Source: Trichoplax adhaerens (taxonomy: Eukaryota; Animalia; Placozoa). From it: DNA of 64,000 nt. The stretch spans positions 5,257,397-5,321,396 of the forward strand of contig NW_002060945.1 of assembly GCF_000150275.1 (NCBI RefSeq), written 5' to 3'. Position numbers and translations under genes: made by a program. Every line of letters begins with the position of its first letter. The first letter of the stretch is position 1. Under the pieces are notes generated by a model, which was given only the letters and a program-made list of their open reading frames with translations, was not told where the DNA came from and did not search any database. Shown here piece after piece: positions 1 to 18,280 of this stretch.

Positions 1-2979
1 TATGGCATTCTTTGTAATTACTGCTTTCGCTAAATGTCCAAGTAATTGTGAAGTAATTAAATTAGCTTTATAGCCATAATTATGAATGATATTTCAAAGT
101 GAAACATAATTTTAGACCTAATAAAGTAGCTTTGTAATTGTCCTTGAAAATCGATAGCTAACAATTGACTATTCCTGTAAGATGTGAAATAGATGAAAAG
201 TTAGGAAATGGAATGAAAGCTGGCGGAGAGTTAACCATTTTACCAATGCGATGTTTGATGATAGTCGATGAATAATAGCGCAGCAATGGCACCGTCATAT
301 CTACTTTCCTTTTCTGTTGGATCAGTACCAAACTAATAGAAATTTATCGAGAAGTTAATGACTATTGCGAATATCAATTTTATAGCCAAGATAATTAATA
401 TCAACGTAAGAAATATTACGTATCAATAGGCTGCAAGTAAAAGGTTCCGCGTATCTATAAAAGTATCCGTACTCTAGTGTAGAAATAGTCACTATACTGT
501 ACCTTTGATCTATTTATTGTGTATAGTAAAGTTCCACTCAAATCGAAAATGGATATATCTCCGGAACTAGAAAATAATTATTCAAATAATTTAGGGTGCT
601 AAAGTTTTAGGAACACCTTTCATCATTAAAATGAAATATTACTGTTTTTATAACAGATATTCACCTATATGAACAAGCAATCAATGATGAATCGGGACTC
701 CAAGCTATCTGCCTCCATCTTGGAAATGGATCCTGATGTACTAATTAGTACAAATTAAATATGAGTAAATGCATCATTCTATGGAAATATAAAGTTTATA
801 ACACTGCTTGCTTATGACCATTTGGTATTTTTCAGGATCAAAAACACATAAATCATGTACATAAATCATTTATTACCTGCACAGGTTGCTACAACAGTTG
901 AATAATCATCTTTAGCTGACCTTATGTAGTAATATGATACAGATTATCGTTATCAAATACAAGACATGCAATCACATAAAATAATATTTCGGATCTTATA
1001 GCAAAATTTTGTATAGCTACAGTATTGCTATAAGTTTACTCTATCAAGATACTGGTGCAATAATAATGTTGCAGCGAAGCCTATATGTACTTATTGTCAG
1101 TATCATACCTCAGCTCCAGACAAGTATCGGTTAGAATAGCAATTAAGCGACCATCGCTATTTAATCCCATAAAAAATAAAAATATAGCTTTTACAGGCGA
1201 TAATTGCATTATCTCCATTTATATAAAACAGTTTACACTGATAATCAATATAATACGAATATGTGTTACTCAGATTTAATATAATTCATCAAGTGAATAT
1301 TCTATAAACTTACTTATTTTTTGCGAATTTCCATTCAGCTTGTCGATTGATTAAATTACTGACAGTGGAAGGCACAGCAGAACTTGTAACTCGGGACCTA
1401 CAGTAGTTTGCGTATAGAAATATTGGTGTAATAATAGTTAATTAGTTCATCATAAAAATATGTACGATTGTTTATTTCAATTTCAATCGAAGAATTTATC
1501 GAGATTGGTTACCTTAATGTAGATGTAATGGCCTTGTAAGTCGATTTTACTTGATCTATAAGGATGTAATTGAGTAGAGACACGTTATAAGTTCGATTAA
1601 TATTTTTAAACTGTAGTAGTGATTAATGGTAGATTATTTAGAAGTATGTCTTCAAATTTCGAAAGTTTGGCTACGATAGACCAGGTCTTATAGCGATTGA
1701 ATTAATGAAATAATAGTAAAATTGTGAAAATTATTACGAGTGCCATAGTGTAGCAGTACAAGATTGATTGAAAAATTTCAAGAAAATATCTAGCTAAAGG
1801 CTATCAATATTGGAGAAGTACTAGTATAGATTTACTATGCATCTAGCAGACGTTGGGCTTCTCAACTAAATTCTTAGTTGCATATCGCTAACGTCAAAAG
1901 TAGTGATTGGTCGAGGATGACTGGAAATAAGCAATCGAGCTATTTTTTAATAGGTATTTAATTTTGAAGAAATCTAGCAGTAATTATGAACGTCTTACCA
2001 AATGCTATCTGCGACCAATTTCTTACAGCTGAAGCATCATTGGTGTCCTAGAATGCATTATGAAGGAAATATTATTTGACTCACGTTACGAAGTTTCATT
2101 ATTGCAATGATGCACATTATAAAATTAAGGTAGTACCGTATGTACTCTACGTAATATCGTAGTTACTGTTTTCGATCAGTCGATTACTGTACCTTAAACG
2201 ACTACTAAATTATGCAAACAGTAGGTTATTACCATATTCTACACAAGAGATATTGGATGATTTTGATGATGATGATGATACCAGAGCCAATATTTTTATA
2301 AACGATAAACTATACTATACTGTGTATCGTAAGTATCCACTGCATACAGCAGGTCTATTGTCAAAGCCTTTTAAATATTTCATTACTTGAGTCAACGCTG
2401 TGAGATATTATAGTAAATACTCCTCTTATCGTCCTATCCAATACGTAGAGATTTATTGCAAGAATGGAGATTATAAGATCGACCTGTGGTATGCTGTATG
2501 CTGTACGAGAAGGTAACAGGTCTCGCAGTAAACATGACGATTGATTAACTCAGTCAACGTATGAAATGTGTTTAATAACCTTTAGAAAATTGTTGTGATA
2601 CTACAGCTTGTATCTTGCTATTGATTCTTACTACATCTAGTTTACAATCAATGTTTTCCAGCAAGCAGTGGGGTTATAAGCATGGACGTCGGTGGTTGAG
2701 AAATGCAACTAAAGCGGGTTCCTTCCTATGCTATCGTATCGTACTGTTAATAACATCAAAGAGCTTTGCAAGGACTTTTATGCATTTATGACTATCTCTT
2801 TTATGATAGTAAGATAGATTGAAGTTATGATAGCAGCATAGAGAGATTGTATTCTGCTATACCTTATTGGCTTTCGCTGAGCTTTGCTTGAGAAGAATTG
2901 GCTCAGGGTGCCATTCATCTTGAATAAACAGATCATATAATATGGAAGTGTTGCAATTGCTGCTGTCTTGAGTAGTCAT
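1..2979 (-). CDS. NBAS: NBAS (neuroblastoma-amplified sequence, NRZ tethering subunit), N-terminal exons; gene continues beyond window start
   Basis: Hand-spliced minus-strand exons give MTTQDSSNCNTSILYDLFIQDEWHPEP...VSNLINRQAEWKFAKN-DGRLIAILTDTCLELR-SAKDDYSTVVATCA-VHQDPFPRWRQIAWSPDSSLIACSYS...NSQLLAIDFQGQLQSYFI. This is colinear with the NBAS N-terminus as I recall it (ILYDL..EW, NGKLLA..VEIRSAKDDF, DP.PQWRRVAWS, LLVINYRGELRSY). ATG at 2979-2977; GT-AG introns with consistent phases. Confidence 0.9.
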
Positions 2980-3709
2980 TCCTTTCTCCTGATGAAAATT
3001 GACTGAACAAGAGGATCCTGTCTGATTAAAGACAGACTGCAGTGACTTCTTCCTTATTGCAATAAGATCGTATCAATAACTAAGTGCTGCCAGGTAGCTT
3101 TTGCCACTGAAATGTTGCCGAAATTTCACTGACGAAATTTTAGTGAAGGAGATTTTGAAGAAATGGAAAAGAAGGCAAGGTGTACGCCACATTGCCTACG
3201 CAAACATGGCTACAAAGTAAGTGTCCCAGTAAGGATTTCAAGAGCGTTAGCAAAAGGGTTAATTAGTGCATAGAGAACTTGCCAATTTTGAAAGCACCCG
3301 CATAATTTACCTACTCAAACATTGGTACACAAAGACTACTCCAGTATCATATTCAGTTCGCTAAATGGATTAGCTAGGGTGATCCATCTACTGTACTGAT
3401 TTAAATCGATGGTCTACAGACAGATAGACGGGCGATGGTCTGCGGACAGACAGCCAGACGAGGACCTACGGACAGCCAGACGATCGTCAGACAGGACGGT
3501 ACTGTACTCACGTACTACTGCTGTTACATTCACGCCTACAGTAGTATTACGTCACCAGTACGTTATAAGGTGCAGTACAGTATAGTAATGGAGGTCGCTG
3601 CTCCTTCTCACATATCAGGACTGTACAACTTATACTGTACATCATCGACTTCTTGCTACGATTTGCATCAGGATTCTTCAGGTGCCTGCATAGGTCATCA
3701 ATTTAAAAC
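2980..3709. promoter_or_regulatory. Probable bidirectional promoter region between NBAS and ULK3
   Basis: Divergent ATGs 730 bp apart. The region is locally GC-richer and contains GACAG-rich degenerate repeats (3407-3499), tactgta/tacagta units (3499-3640) and TTACGTCA. Confidence 0.7.
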
Positions 3710-6700
3710 ATGGCAACCTTTCCAACTGTTAAGAATTATATTGTAACCGAGAAATTAGGTCAAGGAACTTACGCTACTGTTTATAAGGCTTATCGGACTG
3801 TAAGTATTATTGAAATTCTTGTATTGAGAGAGATATGCTGTACTGTAGGATGTAGATTGTACAAGTAGTGTTGCAAAGGGCTAGAAAAGAGCTTCGACCC
3901 TAATTCTCATGCTTTCAATTAAAATAATTAGTAAATCAAGTAGATACCTCAGTTATTGATAGTTTACCATGGTTGAAGTGTATAACAATTTGAAGGATTT
4001 GAGAATACGTTGATGATTATAGTAAAGTAGAACAATGTTGCCTATATCGTAACTGCAGCGAACTGTTTCTAGTCCAGCGATTAAATTCATACGGATATTG
4101 ATAATTAATTGTAGGTTGGAAAAAGGGAAGTCGTTGCTATAAAATGTATTCAAAAGCGATCGCTTAGCAAATCTGCCAGTGATAATTTAATCACTGAAAT
4201 ATCACTTATGAAAGAATTGAATCATGACCATATAGTTCAATTAACAGATTTTCAGGTCGGTAGCATTAAATAAACATATTAAAATATGCTCTACTAATTG
4301 TTTATGATTGATATATCATTTGTATAGTTATACTGTAAGAAGAATCACTTCAAAAAAGTGCAGATATAACATTTAGTATTCTTTATATCGATAAAATTAA
4401 CTTTTACCGATGCTACAGCATGAAATGAAAGATTGATAATGACTGTCACTATTACCATTTTCATTGATTAACCTAATTTTATCTCATATATATAATATAC
4501 ATACATATATATAACCAATCTTATCTTATTTATTACACATAGTGGGACGGTAAGGCAATCTATTTAATCATGGAATATTGCAGTGGTGGTGATTTATCAA
4601 AATTTATTCGATTTCGTAAACGTTTACCAGAAATAGTTGTTAAGAAATTTTTAAGGCAATTAGGTATAATTATTATTTAAATTAGAAGGTATTTAACGAT
4701 GTGTATCGTATACGTCCATATATGTACATACTGTACAAACGATTAACAATTTTACAGCAATGCTATATCTTACATTCTGTATTTACAAAGCTATTGTAGT
4801 GGTGTAAACTAACTGCAAATCAATTAATCAATGAATTGTAGCCAGTGCCCTTCAATTTCTACGCATAAGAAATATATCTCATATGGATTTGAAACCTCAA
4901 AACATGCTGCTATCCTCTCAAAATGATCCTGTACTAAAACTAGCTGGTATAAATAAACTTCATTCTTTTAGAACATGATATGTGCAATAAATAGCATTCG
5001 AGCTTTTCTGTCATCATGCCTACTATTAAATTGTAATTAATTATAAGTAATGCATAATTTATATCATTATAGTATAATACATTCTGTACTGGACCGCTAA
5101 TTGAACGAAAATGGCTTATAGAAATTGTTTCATTATGTTTATTATTGTAGATTTTGGCTTTGCCCAATATGTAATGAATGAGGTCGATGCTAAGACGCTT
5201 AGAGGTTCTCCGTTATATATGGTAAGATTAATTTTTATTATTACCGTACATTGTTTATTATAGCAAACAAATAAGAATGTCAAATTTTAGTACCAACAAC
5301 AGTTAAAATTTCTGCAGGTTTTACTAAATTCGTTATCATAATTTTTTTAAAAAGGCACCAGAAATCATATGTTCAGGGAAGTATGATGCAAAAGCCGATC
5401 TCTGGTCAGCTGGAATTATTATGTTTGGTTTGTGGAAAAAATAAAAGAAATACCTCATATTATCGCCTATGCACGTACAATCAAGAGAGTTATAAATACT
5501 ATTACATGCTATCGTTCCTATTTTAGAGGCCCTATTTGGTGTTGCACCATTTGCATCAAATAGTTATGCCGAATTAGAGGATAAAATTAGATCATCTGCA
5601 GAGATTACGGTAAGCGACAAAAAAACTAGTTCTTAAATCTAGGTAATTTATGTGGTACGCATATGTGACACCTTCTCGACTAACTCCTTTTTAACCTCTT
5701 TACTTAGCTTCCTTCAAATGCTAATATCTCTGCAAGCTGTCGTGATTTATTAATATCTCTTTTAAGAAGAAATCCTGACGAACGTATATCATTTGATAAC
5801 TTTTTCAATCACCCTTTTATCGATCTTGAACATATGCCATCTCCTGAATGCTTAGCTAAATCGGTATATAAAACGTAAAATAATTTTTTATTTCATCGTT
5901 TTGATTTCAGTTTCATAGACCATAAAATTACTTTTCATAGCGCGATTTATTTACCGAAGCGGTAAAGCGAGATAGCCAAAACGATCTTAAAGGAGCAGCA
6001 ATGTACTATACGCGGGGTCTTGAGTACTTTGTTCCAGCAATTGAATGTATGTTTTCGAAAAAAGGATTTACTATTGATATATCTATTAATACTAACAGTT
6101 GCGGTGTAATGGAATGACAAAGTACTTACGCAAGATGTTGTTTAATAAAAATATCCAGTATTTTGAGATACATTGCTCGATTACCTTCTTTTGAACAATA
6201 AACTAAAATTATTGTATGCATAATGTGTACTCGAGGCTATAACTTTTCTCTTTCATAAATTCTTTGTACTACAATTAGATGAAAAAAATCCAGCTAAAAA
6301 GGATGCATTACGTGTTAGAGTATGTGTCATTTTTATAAAACTAATCCATGGGTTGCGTTAGCAAAACAATTTTAATAAGTAAAGATATTTTCTGCTTGAT
6401 ATTAGGCAAGTGAGTACCTAGCAAGAGCTGAAGAATTGCGCCGGCTATTGAAAAGTGAGAATGTATACGCTAATGCAAGCATTGAAAGTCCTGGCACTTC
6501 TCTAGGTGAGGTATCTTAAGCTTGAAGGCAAAATTTGGTTAGAAGCACTTATTTACTTTTATTATAGTATTGTAAATATTTTATTTAACTTCTTTTAGTC
6601 AAGTTATACACCAATGACAACAAAATGGAAGAAGCTCTGCTACACCTAGAAACTGCTGAAAACTATGTAATTATGAAAAATATTTTTATACATTTCATGG

Positions 6701-7443
6701 CTTCTGTATCAAGGATAGAAATTGCAGTGATCCGGCGATTAGGCAGAATTATAGCTCTCACTATTGTTAAATACAGAATATTTAAGTTTAAATGTATACA
6801 ATTTATATTACATAATTATTTGGAAGGATAACAAGGAAATGTACGATGCTGCGTTGCACCAATATGAAAAAACGCTCTCGAAATTGTTAGAACTTGCACC
6901 TGGTACATATACTCTCTTTTTTAGATATTTTAAGTTTAGATTACATTATCGAAGCTTAAAATTTTTCTTTGTGGAATGTAGATGAAACCGATACCGCTAA
7001 GAGAGAGAGATTAATGATTGAGGTTTGAAGCTTATTGTGCACAACTATTAACAGTTATATACCTAACAAACATAAATAAGGATAATACGTTTATTAATGT
7101 AGATTCAGCGTTGTATGAATCGTGCCGAAGAGATTAAACTGCTAAATCAGGTAAATATTATAATACGTCATAGAATCTGCATTATTTAAGAGAGGCCAAA
7201 TAAAATAATATTGTAATATCAAGTAGCAAAGAAATTATGTAAAACACTCCGTACCTCTTATTTTATAGATGAAACAATCAGATGGATTAAAGTTGAAAAT
7301 TTACGACAATGAAAAACTGGCTACTAATAGCCGTAAGTTTATTGATTAGTTTAACTTTTAATGAAATGATATAAAATCTTACTACATTTACTGATAGTTT
7401 TTAAAAATGTTTTATTACGCATTTAGGATGTTGCATACAATGA
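3710..7443 (+). CDS. ULK3: Serine/threonine kinase ULK3 (kinase domain plus two MIT domains), multi-exon
   Basis: Exons translate to [94 protein letters not shown], then MIT-like segments (AVKRD...YLARAEEL; MNRAEEIK), ending NSRCCIQ* at 7441-7443. Confidence 0.93.
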
Positions 7444-10235
7444 TGTACCTACGCAGGTAATTTACTGTACAGTTGGTGAATGAAAAAGTCCACTATCGTG
7501 ATTGGATTAAAATGTTTATTTTAGCTTATATCAGTTAGTTATAACCTGATTTTCTTATACAATGATTGTTAAGAATCTCTCTATTGTATGAGCTCTTATT
7601 GAATATTAGGTTGTAGCGTAGCATGGTATAATTTGTCTTGAAATAGTGTATAAAGATTACTTTGCACTTTGATGTTGTAGATGTGACACAGATGAAACTG
7701 TAAATAGTAATGGGCATACTTTATGTTTATCATTGCATAAAGTTAAAAACAATGAACCCTGTATTGCATGAAACTTATACCGAAAATTAACTAAATCGTA
7801 TAATCCACTCGATATACCCGTATTGAGAATGAAGCGATGAGGTTTCTAGGCTAAGAGCGTGTGTGGATACAGTATACATACACGTATTTGACTAGGATAT
7901 ACGAAGATATTCTACTAATTAATTAAATTATTATACATGTCGCATGTATACCATGAGTCTTCACTATTGCGTTTATCGCAGTCTTTTTTATAATTCAGAA
8001 AGCGATATAGCAACAGTGCCTGTATATCTAACTGTTTTTGGTTATCACGTACGGTGCACAGCGAAATACAGTTCTGTATGTTAGTAGTATACCGGAGATT
8101 TAACAAGAAATGAAAAATAGCCGCATTAAATATACAATACGCATGTGAAACAATGTTCCTATATGTGTCAGCACGATAATTGAATCATATTATAATGGAG
8201 CTTTGTATGTGCAAACTCCTGCGCAATCCAATTTGCAGGATGGTTATAGTATGTTAGTATATTCCCATAGCTTTAAGCCTTTAACGTGGAAAAAGGATAA
8301 CGCTAGACATAGATATGAATCTAATACAAATTGAGCTGTACAGCCTGTACTGTACGTCGAGGAAATAACGAACGAATAATGCCACGTAAATTTAAATTCT
8401 AATATCTGCGAACGCCAACAAACAAAAAATAGAGTGAGGTTGCGGCAATCCCGCCAGAACAACAACATTCACACTCTGGAAATAGCCCTTAGAGAGAAAA
8501 ATAGCGAAAGATATATGTTCCCTTGCCTTAAATAATGACCTGCTTATCGCAATCAATCTACTTTAGGCCTAACCTAGACCGTATACCTTTACTCTATCTT
8601 ATTACTATAAGTGTACAGTATACTGACATCTCAAACCAGTATGATAATAGATATGAACAGCGCGTACAATAATCTACAGTTATCTGACATTGCAAAACCG
8701 TAATTATCCTACAACAAGAATGTTAGAATCTCTTACACTAACGTGCACTAGACCATAATCTGTCGGAATCATGCTTTTAATTCAGTATGTCGATACCTAA
8801 TCACAGGCTCAGATTGTTGTACTCGTCAACCTGAGCTCTTTCCATATCCTCCTTCAGTTTAAGGATACAAATAAAAGGCATAATCATCCTCTCTAAGTCC
8901 GTTTTTGGGGGCATTTCCTACTAGGTATTGATACACCAACAGAAATACAGCTGATATGACTTTATCAATGATACTTCCCAGAATGCAGTTTCCAATATTT
9001 GAAGCCTAAATCGTGATCTATTCCTTTGGAAACAACATTCTAGGAAATTAGCTCAGTGGAGGTGTTTTAGCGGCATTTCTATCAATGCAGTTGTGATATG
9101 AGAGCCAGGTACCGTATACTGTACGTATAATCATATGCAGTGCAAACTATAGTCGCAAGAGATTTTATTCTACTTTCTACATAGTCTTTATTAGACTGAT
9201 TTCAATTCTACATACCTGTATAATTGGCTTACACTTAACTGTGAATTCATTCGTGGCATTTCTGTTTATTTATTAATTACGAGATGAGCCTGTTGTGTCA
9301 GTCACAGAGCTCTAAGACGAAAATATAACTCTTTAAATATGTTTATTTTATTTTATTGCTCATTTTTATACCCTCTCCTTTAAGCGAAAATTAGCAATTT
9401 TATGTTTTACTGTATACTCTCTCTATATTCACGGGGTATTTACCATCAATTCCCTTCGGTTGAATTATCGTATACTGTACGTCTTTCCAAAAATGATGGC
9501 ACCATATCAACGTACACGCTATGATCGGAAATCTGATAGGCATGCAATCATGACACTATTTTTGCCCGTGATTCCTATTTATGTTGTATAACGTTGTTAA
9601 GATATGCATCTATCCACTAGCTCACTGACTGTTAGAAGATGATCGTGCAAATTGTCAGCAGAAATGATGTCACCAGTACGTGCCTTTAATAGTACTGACT
9701 CGTGGCTACCGTCCGAAGCTCTCGCCATAGCGTGACATTCGTTTTTATCAATGATGAAATTTACTGAGAACGGTACAGTCGCTACAGTACAAACTGCACA
9801 CGTGTCAAACCGTGCTACAGTACATAGTATCCGTGTCTAGTAGGTTGTAGCGTGTAAAATAGACTGTCATGCCTTTATCTCATACGATGTCTCTTCCTTA
9901 GTATATTGCTATATTAAGAAGATAAGAGAAATGACAACATATTTTGCACACTATTACTATCCTCCTTCTTTCATGCAATCCTAGATTCCTAGTACGGTAC
10001 GGTACGGTATTATACAGGCTGTACTTTTTTACTTCTTAGTTGTTGTCCAAGTAGATCAACATCTTTCACACAGTATACATATACTGTATAGGTTACAAGA
10101 GCTGAATAGAGCAGTACTATCGTGATAAACTGAATAGCTAGTGACAATAACTATGCTCAGTACAGTATCCCAATAATTCTAGAACCTTTTGTAGTGATCG
10201 TCCTCAGGCCTAGATCCGAAATCAAGCTCAAGCTC

Positions 10236-15964
<5,729 letters not shown>

Positions 15965-18280
15965 TGCGATACATTTAAATTTTTTGTACAAAATCCATAA
16001 GAAAATGTGTGCATTGTAAAGGATTTCCCACTGATTTTTAATATCGAGAATAATTACTGTATATTTTTGTATATTGTCCGAAGATGTGGTTGATCTATAC
16101 ATCGAAAAAATTTATCGTTAAATGGAAATGGGGAGTTTTTCTTACTTATAATATTGTCTAAGATTCGAATTTAATAAGATAAGCACTCCCTAGAAAACAT
16201 TGTTCTTAACTCATTAAATTTTTCCGCTATATACATACGTATATGTTGAAGAAACTGACTATGGGATATCTTGAAAACTCAGTTCTTTATAACTTACGGT
16301 GATTACGCAGTGTGAATATGCTTTTCTTTGTTTTACGGTAACACATTGTACAGTAAATATTTATCAGGATATTTGATGAAAGTTTATTTTTTAGGCAAAA
16401 TTGCCAAATTAAATAAAATATCGATTATCATCAACTCATAGCGCATTCCATAATCAATTTTATAATTTATTTCGCAATGTCTATTTTCTTAAATAATTTA
16501 CAGTAGAGACACTTACTCATTGTGTTCATTGAATATTATTTAATGGTCATATTATGGTGGACTAGAGGAAATATACTCGTGCATACAATGTAAATTCGTG
16601 TAAGCTAGCTAGTTCGCCCCATTTGTAATTTATGGAGTATTAGAATATATAGCCTTGCTATTTTGATATAATTTGTTACATAAAGTGAGATACTGACATT
16701 ATAAAATCGTAATGGTCAAAATTTATTTTTCAAAGTATTATTATAGTGTATTTGTTACATTTCTTGTATCGATAGCGATACTGAAATAAAGTTTCAATTC
16801 TATAATATGCAATACTCTGATATTAAATTAAGTGAATATTACCTATTAAAATGATGATTTGTAAACGCGGCTGTTGTAAGATCGATAAACCGTAATTATC
16901 AGTTGGGCATCAATTAAGAGTTTTATTCAATACTTTAGCTTTATAAATATAGATAGAAATCATAATTGTCTAGAAAATTGTTACTATATAGAATCTATTA
17001 GTACAAATGATAATTTATGATCTATAGTATGAAAATTGCTGAATATCATTACACGTAGTATTTATTATTATGAGGTTTACGCAAATTAAGCTATGATCTC
17101 AATACGCTGATATAATTTGTCTTATCTACAAACGATAACATTTTAATTACTGAATGTGTCAGGAAGGAGATTCATTATACTGATTAGGCATTCAATACTA
17201 TTAATCATGTTGACAAGACTACATCATCCTATAATCTATAGGATTTACCGTTGTATAACATTTACATATATCCTGTCTGTAAATAGTGTCACTTATTTAC
17301 GTGCATGAATAAGCGAGAAATTAGATTGCTATAGTTCAGCATTTAACAATGGTGTTGAGGTTTACATTATTTAATATTCATACGAGGCGCTCTGCATAAT
17401 GCCTTACCTTGTTATGCTGTTCTATAAAATGATTTTTACGACTTATACCTTAACGCATTTAAATTTAATGGGATTAAATTTATTGAAATCTAGCTCAGTA
17501 GGTAACATTACTAGAAGATCTAGAGATGGTAACAATCTTACCGCTTTATACTAATTTAATAAATATAGTTCATGGGCGTTGGACTATCACTTCTTTCTTA
17601 ACGGTTGTTATGGTTACACCCTTAACCGTTATTCAAGCAAATATAGGATAGTATAGGATCATATAGCAAGCCCAAACAGTAACTCTATTATAGTTTTAAA
17701 AATTATATTATTGTTCTTTATTCCATTCTAGATAACTGATTAAGATAAGAAAGCAGTAAAGTACTATAAATGCACGAAAGACTGGACACTACAGCTTTTA
17801 TTCAGAGATACGATGAAATAATTTGGATAATCTGTAAGTCGCTTTAGTCATCGATAGTTGAAATTGGCAAGAGCGCTATTTCAGTTATTCAGTCTTTCAC
17901 TTGTATATGCTATTGATAAGAAAAATTGTAAATTGTTACAGCAGAATATATAATTTATTTCTTGGTGCCTACTTATCCCACTGTAAGAATTCATTTAAAC
18001 CTAATAGAGTAGTCTATCAGAAGTTGGAAAGAACTTTCGAGCTGTCGAGTTACATAATTAAAAACGAATCATGATAGAAGAATTTATTTCTTGCTAAAAG
18101 TTGTATTAGGTTTTGTAATCTCTCTTAAATTACAAAGTTAATGAAAATGGATCATAACTAACTTTGGGCTTTATAATATCCTGGTTCAATTACATTTTTC
18201 ATTTTACCATTATTGAGATAAAGTGACTTTCTGATTTTATTTCTTCATATTCAATTGCTTAAAAGATATTATCTTACATT

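Noticed and set aside
7444-9770. Short ORFs between ULK3 and ZnT5 as a hidden gene
   Set aside because: I could not assemble a consistent exon chain or recognise any motif; a non-coding transcript cannot be excluded.
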